DNA from: a virus
Taxonomy: Duplodnaviria > Caudoviricetes
Length of the DNA stretch: 55,438 nt
Virus record (IMG/VR): IMGVR_UViG_3300025658_000218
Span: 1 to 55,438 of that record
Direction: 5' to 3' (one strand)
The notes under the pieces are model-generated. The model was not told the origin of the DNA, made no database searches, and worked only from the letters and a program-made list of their open reading frames with translations. This document shows, piece after piece, positions 7,938-15,573 of this stretch (positions are counted from its first letter, which is position 1; each line of letters starts with the position of its first letter). A program made the position numbers and the translations under genes.

Positions 7938-9388
7938 ATATAAATTTAACTGAAGCACAAAATGATTATGCTCGATTCCTTCCTGCACTAAGTGGTTTTT
8001 ATGCCACTTATGTAGGAAAGCAGCGTTATGACAATTATGTAGATCCTGCTAGGGTTCCGAGCAACTTAACGCATGGTGTTGAAAGTTTAAATTATCTTAA
8101 TGCCAAAGAAGGACAATTTTCATATAAATGGAGTTTGTACTCAGCTGGACATGCTGACTTGGACACAACAAAGCACGTACCTAAAGAAGACATGGTGCGT
8201 AACAGAGATAGAGAAAACACTTGGTTACTAGGTGACTCAGGTGGCTTCCAAATTGGTAAAGGTGTTTGGGAAGGCGATTGGAAAGATCCTAATTGCCCTA
8301 AAGCACAAAAGAAACGTGATGGCGTTCTAAAATGGATGGACGCTTACATGGACTACGGAATGATACTTGATATTCCGGCGTGGGTTGCACGTTCTCCTGA
8401 AGGTGCAAAAGCAACAGGTATTGATAACTATCAAGATGCTGTTAATGCTACACGTATTAATAACGACTATTGGATGAAACATAGAACAGGTTCTTGTAAA
8501 TTCTTAAATGTTTTACAGGGCGAAAACTTTGATGATGCTGATGATTGGTATCATCAAATGAAAGACTATTGTGATCCTAAGAAATATCCTAACGATCATT
8601 TTAACGGATGGTCAATGGGTGGACAAAACATGTGCGATGTTGAGCTTGTGCTTAAACGTTTAGTTGCGCTACGTTTTGATGGACTACTTGAAAAAGGTGT
8701 GCATGATGTTATGCACTTCCTTGGTACAAGTAAACTAGAATGGGCTGTATTATTAACAGACATTCAGCGAGCAGTTAGAAAGTATCATAACGAAAACTTT
8801 ACTGTAACTTTTGACTGCGCTTCACCGTTTCTTGCAACTGCTAACGGTCAAATATATTGTGAACTAGAAACGCAACATGAATCTAAATGGGTATACAGAA
8901 TGGTACCAAGCATAGATGACAAAGGACTGTCAACTGATGTCACGCCATTTAGTCAAGCATTTGTACGTGAAGGCAAACATTCTTCATTTTTAGATTCTCC
9001 TATTTCACAGGGTATGTTAGCAAAAGATATTTGCATTTATGGTCCGGGTGACTTAAACAAAATTGGTAAAGAAGGAAAGACATCTTGGGATAGTTTTTCT
9101 TATGCACTAATGATGGGTCACAATGTATGGATGCATATTAATGCTGTGCAAGAAGCAAATAGACAATATGACAGTGGCATGACTCCCAAAATGTTACAGC
9201 TTGGTCAATTTGATCATGTGCATTTTAAAGACATAGTCGAAGAAGTATTTCGAACAGATGACAGGGAAAAAGCAGAACAACTTGTCCTAGATTACAGAAA
9301 ATATTTACTTAAAGTAATCGGTACAAGAGGAGCTACTGGCAAAAAATCTTTCAATGCAACTACAAAGGCACAGGAATTTTTTGGGTGA
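7934..9388 (+). CDS. dpdA: tRNA-guanine transglycosylase-family protein, DpdA-like DNA 7-deazaguanine insertase
   Basis: TGT motifs GDSGGFQ, MILDIP, LNVLQG, MHFLGTS, TFDCASP, late H-N motif; clustered with folE, queE and a QueD-like gene in a phage. Confidence 0.85.
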   Translation: MNINLTEAQNDYARFLPALSGFYATYVGKQRYDNYVDPARVPSNLTHGVESLNYLNAKEGQFSYKWSLYSAGHADLDTTKHVPKEDMVRNRDRENTWLLGDSGGFQIGKGVWEGDWKDPNCPKAQKKRDGVLKWMDAYMDYGMILDIPAWVARSPEGAKATGIDNYQDAVNATRINNDYWMKHRTGSCKFLNVLQGENFDDADDWYHQMKDYCDPKKYPNDHFNGWSMGGQNMCDVELVLKRLVALRFDGLLEKGVHDVMHFLGTSKLEWAVLLTDIQRAVRKYHNENFTVTFDCASPFLATANGQIYCELETQHESKWVYRMVPSIDDKGLSTDVTPFSQAFVREGKHSSFLDSPISQGMLAKDICIYGPGDLNKIGKEGKTSWDSFSYALMMGHNVWMHINAVQEANRQYDSGMTPKMLQLGQFDHVHFKDIVEEVFRTDDREKAEQLVLDYRKYLLKVIGTRGATGKKSFNATTKAQEFFG

Positions 9389-9587
9389 GAGTAGAGAAGA
9401 AATGCAAGCAAGGTTAGAAAAGTTAAGAGAAAACCATAAATCACTTGACAAAAAGGTAACTAAGCTATATAATAGTTATACAGCCAGAGATGAACTTTAT
9501 AGAATGAAAACTATGAAACTTTGGCTGAAGGATGAAATTAATAGAATAGAAACAAAGCTAAAGGGTCAAGATGGAAAGGGATTATGA
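9381..9587 (+). CDS. DUF465/YdcH-like small coiled-coil protein
   Basis: RLEKLRENHKSLDKKV...MKTMKLWLKDEINRIE; probable TTG start after an AGGA RBS. Confidence 0.65.
   Translation: MGESREEMQARLEKLRENHKSLDKKVTKLYNSYTARDELYRMKTMKLWLKDEINRIETKLKGQDGKGL
9445..9473 (+). promoter_or_regulatory. consensus sigma70 promoter
   Basis: Perfect TTGACA(9445-9450)-17 bp-TATAAT(9468-9473) inside the small ORF, upstream of 9571. Confidence 0.75.
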
Positions 9588-10095
9588 ATCAGGCGTAAGC
9601 GATGACGCCGTATTTTTCATAGGTACTGAAGTTGAGCAAACACCAGCCTTTGGTCTGCGTACACTTTTTGTTAAGGGTGTGCAAAGAGAAGCAAAAATTA
9701 AAGAGATCTACAATAAACATAATTGTAGACATATCTTCTTCGGGGCTAATCATAGCTTCAATCCTACTCCGGGTGTTGCTGAAGAGTGGACGCCTTGGGA
9801 AAACCTTATAATTAATTTTTTAGAAGAAGGTTATTTTTGTACTTTAGATATTCCTATTACTTGTATTGAAACATTTCACGATGGTGGATTGTGCGAATAC
9901 AATAATTTTATTCCGCAGATTAGAGTTCCGATTGCACATGTCAAGCTATGGAACTATAATACAATGGTTAAAATAGACGACACTGGATTCAACGAAACAA
10001 ATCCAGGTGTATGGTGTCATAGTTTACACGACTTAATGGCACACGACAAATTCACTGATTGGTTAAAATATCGCAACGATCAGATAATTGAATGA
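9571..10095 (+). CDS. phage protein of unknown function in the deazaguanine locus
   Basis: 174 aa; FFIGTEVEQTPAFGLRTLFV, HIFFGANHSF, KIDD..F..TNPGVWCH; lies between dpdA and the QueD-like gene. Confidence 0.7.
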   Translation: MERDYESGVSDDAVFFIGTEVEQTPAFGLRTLFVKGVQREAKIKEIYNKHNCRHIFFGANHSFNPTPGVAEEWTPWENLIINFLEEGYFCTLDIPITCIETFHDGGLCEYNNFIPQIRVPIAHVKLWNYNTMVKIDDTGFNETNPGVWCHSLHDLMAHDKFTDWLKYRNDQIIE

Positions 10096-10541
10096 CCCAA
10101 CAAGAATCTTATTATAATTACATGAAACGGCGTAACAAAGAAGAGGACGCTAAGATGGAAAAGTTAGAGAATGCAAAACGCAGCATCTGGGTAACGTTTA
10201 CCAAAGAAGGTATTCACAAGTATCCAGCAGCGTTAGAAGACCCAGCACTAGCAACAGGTGATGAGTATGATGTAAGCTTCCTAGGCTATCCACATCGTCA
10301 TACGTTTCATTTTAAAGTGCAGATACAAGTAACGCACAATGACAGAGATATCGAGTTTATCCAATTCAAACGTTGGTTGGAAAACTTATATAAAGAAGAT
10401 CTACTTCAGTTAGACTATAAGTCATGCGAGATGATCGCAGACGATTTGTACTTACAGATTAACGAAAAGTATCCAGGCCGTTTTGTAGTCATCGATGTAG
10501 CCGAAGATGGCGAAAACGGCTGCCAAATAGTATATCCATAA
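10092..10541 (+). CDS. QueD-like T-fold metalloprotein (DpdL-type candidate CDG decarboxylase)
   Basis: EGIH, LGYPHRHTF (LxxxHRHxF in place of the QueD CxxxHGH), SCEMIA, and C-terminal V.EDGENG typical of the PTPS/QueD fold. Confidence 0.75.
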   Translation: MTQQESYYNYMKRRNKEEDAKMEKLENAKRSIWVTFTKEGIHKYPAALEDPALATGDEYDVSFLGYPHRHTFHFKVQIQVTHNDRDIEFIQFKRWLENLYKEDLLQLDYKSCEMIADDLYLQINEKYPGRFVVIDVAEDGENGCQIVYP

Positions 10542-10565
10542 GACATAATATAAGGGAAAAATAAA

Positions 10566-10754
10566 ATGTCTATTACAAATCCAGTTGTAAACAAAGTTTT
10601 CAACGATCTCGATCAATTTAGAGATTATTGCAGATTTGAAGGAAAGGTCTTTAATGAAAAAGATCTTTATAAGAAAGATGCTACAGTATGGCAGGCATAC
10701 CAAAAGTATTTAGGTTATTTACGTGCAAAGGCAAGAGCTAACAGCAGGAAGTAA
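10566..10754 (+). CDS. hypothetical protein
   Basis: 62 aa ORF with an AAGGGA RBS. Confidence 0.65.
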   Translation: MSITNPVVNKVFNDLDQFRDYCRFEGKVFNEKDLYKKDATVWQAYQKYLGYLRAKARANSRK

Positions 10755-10756
10755 TT

Positions 10757-11821
10757 ATGACAATCTATATTGTAGATATAGAAGCTGTTGACACTCGCTA
10801 TACAAAGCAGTGGAAGACACATTTACCAGAACAGCTACGGCTTGCAACTAATCAAACAGTTGAAGTCGTGTCTGGAGGAGAGACGCCTCAGGCTACTACG
10901 CCTGGGGCTTTTCTTAACTTTGGCGGCACTAATGTATACAAGTCTAAGCAACTTGAACTTATTGGTGAAATGTTTTGTGAAGGAATAATTAAAGACGGTG
11001 ACTACTTTTTATACACAGATGCTTGGAACCCAACTGTTATTCAGTTACGGTATATGGCAGAGCTATTGGGAGTACGTATTAGAGTCGGAGGGCTTTGGCA
11101 CGCCGGCTCCTACGACCCTGCAGATTTCCTTGGACGATTAATAGGCGATAAGCCTTGGGTCAGACATGCTGAAATGTCAATGTTTGAATGTTATGATGAT
11201 AACTTCTTTGCAAGTGACTTCCATATTGACATGTTTACAGATGTAATGATGGAAGACTATAATATCGATTATGATAAAATACATCGTGTCGGTTGGCCTA
11301 TGGAATACTTGTCAGATGAACTATGTATTTCAGAATACGACGAACAAGAAAAACGTAACTTAATACTCTTTCCGCATCGTGTTGCGCCTGAGAAGCAAGT
11401 TGAAATATTTAGAGACCTAGCAGAGTCTATGCCTGAATATGAATTTGTTATATGTCAAGAGCAAGGACTATCCAAGCACGAATATCACAAACTATTAGGT
11501 CAAGCAAAGGTTGTGTTTAGTGCTAACTTACAAGAGACATTAGGTATTAGTTGGTACGAAGGTGCGTTGTTGGACGCTATTCCGATGGTACCCGACAGAC
11601 TAAGTTACAGTGAAATGGCTAGAGATAAATTTAAATATCCTAGCGAATGGACAGAGAGCTTTGATGCATACATTGCAAACAAAGACAAAGTAATCGCAAA
11701 ATTAAGAGACTACATTGAAAATTACAACACTTATGAATTTGATATCTACGAACAAGCTGCGACACTTTCACATAACTATTTCTCTGGTAAAACATTATAT
11801 GGAGCAATTGCTAATGGATGA
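10757..11821 (+). CDS. GT-B glycosyltransferase (GT4-like, GTDC1/DUF3524-like C-terminal domain)
   Basis: LFPHRVAPEKQ, EYHKLLGQAKVVFSANLQETLGISWYEG (E-x7-E), PMVPDRLSYSEM. Confidence 0.82.
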   Translation: MTIYIVDIEAVDTRYTKQWKTHLPEQLRLATNQTVEVVSGGETPQATTPGAFLNFGGTNVYKSKQLELIGEMFCEGIIKDGDYFLYTDAWNPTVIQLRYMAELLGVRIRVGGLWHAGSYDPADFLGRLIGDKPWVRHAEMSMFECYDDNFFASDFHIDMFTDVMMEDYNIDYDKIHRVGWPMEYLSDELCISEYDEQEKRNLILFPHRVAPEKQVEIFRDLAESMPEYEFVICQEQGLSKHEYHKLLGQAKVVFSANLQETLGISWYEGALLDAIPMVPDRLSYSEMARDKFKYPSEWTESFDAYIANKDKVIAKLRDYIENYNTYEFDIYEQAATLSHNYFSGKTLYGAIANG

Positions 11822-12176
11822 TAAAAATAATGACTATGTGTTTGATATTACCGAAGAGTGGATATCAACAGATATACATACTACTGTTACAATAGATACA
11901 ACTGTTAACGAAGATTTATATAGTATGGATGGTATTGAGGTTACCACTGTAAATTTAGGTGCAGATACTATTACACTCGATAATGTAAATTGGGGTAATT
12001 TAAGTGTATCTATGGTAGACTTTGAAGATCGTATGCCTAGTTTAGAAAAAATTAGTAATATGTGCGAACACTATCCAGCACTCGAAAAAGCATTTGAAAA
12101 TCTTAAATCTATCTACAAAATGGTACATCAGGACTATGTAGGCAATCATGAAAAAGATGACGAGGTGCCGTTCTAA
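11814..12176 (+). CDS. acidic hypothetical protein
   Basis: Start moved to ATG 11814 after GGAG; MCEHYPALEKAFENLKSIYKMV; ends DDEVPF. Confidence 0.65.
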   Translation: MDDKNNDYVFDITEEWISTDIHTTVTIDTTVNEDLYSMDGIEVTTVNLGADTITLDNVNWGNLSVSMVDFEDRMPSLEKISNMCEHYPALEKAFENLKSIYKMVHQDYVGNHEKDDEVPF

Positions 12177-12400
12177 TGCAACATACGATTGAAGATCTAA
12201 TTAAACGTATAAATGTTATGCACGACTTAGCAATTCAGGTACATCGTTTACGTAACGAATTTTCAGAACAAGCTGAGAAACAATATGACATCGACACTTG
12301 CAATCACTTAATAGACCAAATACAATCTATGGCACTGGGTATTGCAAAAGACAACCAAGGTACCGACATCAAAACTGAAATGGAGTATAAAGATGTTTAA
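12176..12400 (+). CDS. hypothetical protein
   Basis: 74 aa, TAATG coupling. Confidence 0.6.
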   Translation: MQHTIEDLIKRINVMHDLAIQVHRLRNEFSEQAEKQYDIDTCNHLIDQIQSMALGIAKDNQGTDIKTEMEYKDV

Positions 12401-12557
12401 GACTAAAGAAGATGCAGCCAATTGGGCATTAGATCAATTTAATAAGTATGGCATTAGACATCCTGATTCATTTACCGAGGAAGAAATTGCTGATGCGTGT
12501 CCTGAGGTTCCTCGGGCTGTTATTAAACGTCATGTGCAAAAAAGAGATTCAAAATGA
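12393..12557 (+). CDS. hypothetical protein
   Basis: Start at ATG 12393 after GGAG; 54 aa. Confidence 0.55.
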   Translation: MFKTKEDAANWALDQFNKYGIRHPDSFTEEEIADACPEVPRAVIKRHVQKRDSK

Positions 12558-13102
12558 GAAAAAAGTATTATACATGGGATAGTGTTCATGCTGCTGCAAC
12601 TAAGATTGCACTAGACATGTACAAAGAGAATTGGCGTCCTGACTATATTGTAGGCATTACTAGAGGCGGAATGCCGCTGGCGGTTATTCTAAGTCATATG
12701 TTAGATATACCGTGTAATGCACTTAAAATAAGTTTACGAGATGGCGACAGTGAAAATGAAAGTAACTGTTGGATGGCCGAGGATGCTTATGGTTACATCA
12801 GCGAACCAGATCGAGACGGTGTATGGGAAAATTTAACCAGCAATAGCACTAGTAGAAAAAACATTCTTATTGTAGACGACATTAACGACACTGGTGCAAC
12901 ATTCCAGTGGTTACAAAAAGATTGGATGTCTAGTTGTATGCCGCAAGATCACGCATGGCATGATGTGTGGAACCACAATGTGCGGTTTGCAGTAATGACA
13001 GAAAACTTATCAAGTGATTTTCCGCAAGTAAGATACTATTGGGACGAAGTAAACAAAGCAGAAGAGGATGTTTGGTTAGTCTACCCATATGAGTACAGTT
13101 AG
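12554..13102 (+). CDS. type I purine phosphoribosyltransferase (Gpt/Hpt-like)
   Basis: PDYIVGITRGG, PRPP-binding ILIVDDINDTGATF, C-terminal WLVYPYE. Confidence 0.88.
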   Translation: MRKKYYTWDSVHAAATKIALDMYKENWRPDYIVGITRGGMPLAVILSHMLDIPCNALKISLRDGDSENESNCWMAEDAYGYISEPDRDGVWENLTSNSTSRKNILIVDDINDTGATFQWLQKDWMSSCMPQDHAWHDVWNHNVRFAVMTENLSSDFPQVRYYWDEVNKAEEDVWLVYPYEYS

Positions 13103-13146
13103 TTAAACTAGCAGTTAATGATAAATAACTATGATGGAGAAATGAT

Positions 13147-13449
13147 ATGATTGCTTTTATTATAGGTTATTTAATAATGGTAGTAAACGAAGGTTTTGTG
13201 ATATTACGTCACGTATGTCCTTGGTTTGCTAAACTACGTAGCGAATTACACGAAAAATTCGGTGCTCACAAAGTAAAGAAAATACACGGCTACACTGATT
13301 GGGCTTGGATTATACTAATCAGTTTAGGATTGTATTTAGATTTTGAAAGATGGCCCGAGTATGCCATACTAATGGCAGGCTTTTGGGGTTTAGTATTTTT
13401 TGGGGTATATGTTCCTAAGATTTACAGAGCACTAAGGACCTTCCTATGA
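13147..13449 (+). CDS. membrane protein
   Basis: 100 aa with three hydrophobic segments; ATAAATA at 13121 and a GGAG RBS. Confidence 0.65.
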   Translation: MIAFIIGYLIMVVNEGFVILRHVCPWFAKLRSELHEKFGAHKVKKIHGYTDWAWIILISLGLYLDFERWPEYAILMAGFWGLVFFGVYVPKIYRALRTFL

Positions 13450-13982
13450 GTACAAAACTAAAAGAACTTACTTGGGAGAATCACCAAAACGCAGAACGTA
13501 TGGTTGTTGCACGTAAACTACTTAAAGGTATGCCAGCACCGGAGTATCACAAGTTTATTTACAATCAATATGTACAGTACGAAGCACTAGAAGTAGCAGC
13601 AAGAGCTGCTGGTATGCTAGAAGGCATTGAAGGAATTTGCAGAGCACCTGGTATGCTCGCAGATATGGAAGAACTGGAAGAAGAGTTCGGCATCGAAAGA
13701 GACGAGTCTGTATTATGTCCAGTTGTTCAAGAGTATGTCGACTATGTTAACAACTTAGAAGGCGAAGGACTAATTGCACACATTTATGTAAGACACTTTG
13801 GTGAACTACATGGTGGGCAAATGATTAAGAAACGTGCTCCTGGATCAGGTAAAATGTACGACTTTGTTGAGCCAAGAGCATTAATTAAAGAAACTAGAAC
13901 AAGATTGCACGACGGAATGGCTGATGAAGCAAACAGAGCATTCGAATTTGCAATGCAACTTTTTAAAGAATTGGAAGAATAA
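13446..13982 (+). CDS. heme oxygenase (biliverdin-producing, HemO/Ho1-like)
   Basis: LKELTWENH (proximal His), Y..QYEALE, IAHIYVRHFGELHGGQMIK, EANRAFEFAMQLF. Confidence 0.9.
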   Translation: MSTKLKELTWENHQNAERMVVARKLLKGMPAPEYHKFIYNQYVQYEALEVAARAAGMLEGIEGICRAPGMLADMEELEEEFGIERDESVLCPVVQEYVDYVNNLEGEGLIAHIYVRHFGELHGGQMIKKRAPGSGKMYDFVEPRALIKETRTRLHDGMADEANRAFEFAMQLFKELEE

Positions 13983-14093
13983 ATGTGCGGATGTGGAAGA
14001 TCACCAACAGGTAAATGTATTGGCTGGCATAGGTTAAGCGAATCAGAGTACCAAAAGAAAAAAGCAGAATGGGAAGCAAAGAAAAAAGGTTGA
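13983..14093 (+). CDS. 36 aa CDGSH-like (3Cys-1His) iron-sulfur mini-protein (not in ORF track)
   Basis: ATG directly follows the heme oxygenase stop; MCGCGRSPTGKCIGWHRLSESEYQKKKAEWEAKKKG resembles the C-x-C-x2-S...C-x-G-x-H CDGSH motif. Confidence 0.65.
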   Translation: MCGCGRSPTGKCIGWHRLSESEYQKKKAEWEAKKKG

Positions 14094-14118
14094 CTTTAGT
14101 TTAAATTTGTGTTAATAT
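14090..14118 (+). promoter_or_regulatory. sigma70-type promoter
   Basis: TTGACT(14090-14095)-17 bp-TAATAT(14113-14118) with extended TG. Confidence 0.55.
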
Positions 14119-14149
14119 ACTGCTATCTATAACTATAAAAGGATTTATA

Positions 14150-14368
14150 ATGGCAAGCGTAGGACAATATACTAGAGAAAATATGATCCAAGCAATTAAG
14201 GATCATGCCAAAGGCCATATTGCTAAACATGCAATGAATGTAGAAGTTTATCTACGAAATTCAGCAGGTGTCGGAGAACACCCTGACGTACTCGAAGCAA
14301 TTGAACAAGAACTTAAAATTGTAGCAGAGTACAATGATCAAATAGAAATGTTAGAAAAATATTTTTAA
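14150..14368 (+). CDS. hypothetical phage protein
   Basis: 72 aa; GHIAKHAMNVEVYL.N.AGVGEHPD..EAIE.EL. Confidence 0.7.
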   Translation: MASVGQYTRENMIQAIKDHAKGHIAKHAMNVEVYLRNSAGVGEHPDVLEAIEQELKIVAEYNDQIEMLEKYF

Positions 14369-14369
14369 C

Positions 14370-14414
14370 TTGACAATTACCTAAATATATGGTATACTTT
14401 TATTAGTATACCAT
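14370..14414 (+). promoter_or_regulatory. sigma70 promoter of folE overlapped by a 10 bp inverted repeat
   Basis: TTGACA(14370-14375)-17 bp-TATACT(14393-14398) with TG; perfect inverted repeat ATGGTATACT(14389-14398)/AGTATACCAT(14405-14414). Confidence 0.7.
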
Positions 14415-14453
14415 TTTTCATGGCAATCCACTGCCTAAACATCGGAGACATAA

Positions 14454-15140
14454 ATGAGCAAAGCGGAACAATTAAAAGCCCGTCTAGAAGATCTAGGCAT
14501 TCGTCATTGGGCTGGCGATAATATCTCACAAGCATTACAGGACGGCGATAAAGAAGAACTTATCAATAATGCTACTACAGCATTTGAAGGTGTGCTAGAT
14601 GCACTATTGATTGATCGTCATAACGATCCTAACTCACAAGGCACAGCAAGACGTCTTGCTAAGATGTACTTTAATGAGATTATGGCAGGGCGTTATGATC
14701 CTGCACCTAGTGCAACATCATTTCCTAATGATTCAGATGATCGTTATGAAGGTATGTTGGTAGTGCGTTCGGAACTAAAGAGCATGTGTTCGCATCATCA
14801 CCAGCCAGTAGCAGGTGTTGCCTACATTGGCATCATTGCCGCAGACAAACTAATTGGGTTGAGCAAGTACACACGCATTGCACAGTGGTGTGCTAGACGC
14901 GGAACACTACAAGAAGAACTTGCAATGGTAATTGCACGTGAGATTCAACAAGCAACTGATACTGAACACTTAGGTGTCTATATTCAAGCAACACACGGCT
15001 GTTGTGAGAACAGAGGTATTATGGCACACAGTAGTTTAACACAGACTACAGTGTTACAAGGATCATTTAAAGACGATCCGGGCACAAAGAAAGAATTCTT
15101 TGACAACATTAAACTACAACAGGAGTTTGCTTCTAGATGA
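14454..15140 (+). CDS. folE: GTP cyclohydrolase I
   Basis: TARRLAKMY, SMCSHHHQP, IGLSKYTRI, RRGTLQEEL, ATHGCCENRG. Confidence 0.95.
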   Translation: MSKAEQLKARLEDLGIRHWAGDNISQALQDGDKEELINNATTAFEGVLDALLIDRHNDPNSQGTARRLAKMYFNEIMAGRYDPAPSATSFPNDSDDRYEGMLVVRSELKSMCSHHHQPVAGVAYIGIIAADKLIGLSKYTRIAQWCARRGTLQEELAMVIAREIQQATDTEHLGVYIQATHGCCENRGIMAHSSLTQTTVLQGSFKDDPGTKKEFFDNIKLQQEFASR

Positions 15141-15565
15141 GCTATCAAGTTGTGTTAGTTGTACACATATTATCTGTTATTAGTTGGATGGCAGCGCTGT
15201 TCTACTTACCAAGAGTTATGGTATATCATACAGAATACTATGAAGGAAACGATCGACTTAATTGTGTGTTTGAACTCATGGAATATAAGCTACAAAGATA
15301 TATAATGACACCGGCTATGATTGCTACATTACTATCTGGCTTAACATTAGTTGGCTTTGGGTATATTGATTGGAGTCTAACATGGCCGTATGTAAAACTT
15401 GCAAGTGTAATTACCATGTGTGGATTTCATGGATGGCTTATTACAACACGTAAAAAAATGTCTAACGGCAACTTTAGTTACACAGGAACACAACTGAGAG
15501 TAATGAACGAAGTACCAACAATATTGTTGACTGTTATTGTCATCAGTGTTATAATACAGTATTAG
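15137..15565 (+). CDS. hemJ: protoporphyrinogen IX oxidase HemJ
   Basis: HILSVISWMAALFYLPRVMVYH, ME.KL.RYIMTPAMIAT, W..VKL, R.MNEVPT. Confidence 0.88.
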   Translation: MSYQVVLVVHILSVISWMAALFYLPRVMVYHTEYYEGNDRLNCVFELMEYKLQRYIMTPAMIATLLSGLTLVGFGYIDWSLTWPYVKLASVITMCGFHGWLITTRKKMSNGNFSYTGTQLRVMNEVPTILLTVIVISVIIQY

Positions 15566-15573
15566 GAGTTAAT

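Noticed and set aside
7934-9388. Ordinary tRNA-guanine transglycosylase (Tgt)
   Set aside because: It lacks the bacterial Tgt C-x-C-x2-C zinc motif, is longer and divergent, and is coupled to replication genes. A DNA-acting DpdA is more likely, though tRNA activity is not excluded.
14415-14453. Canonical preQ1 or THF riboswitch before folE
   Set aside because: It does not match the consensus I know, and the loop and stems are too short. Kept only as a speculative finding.
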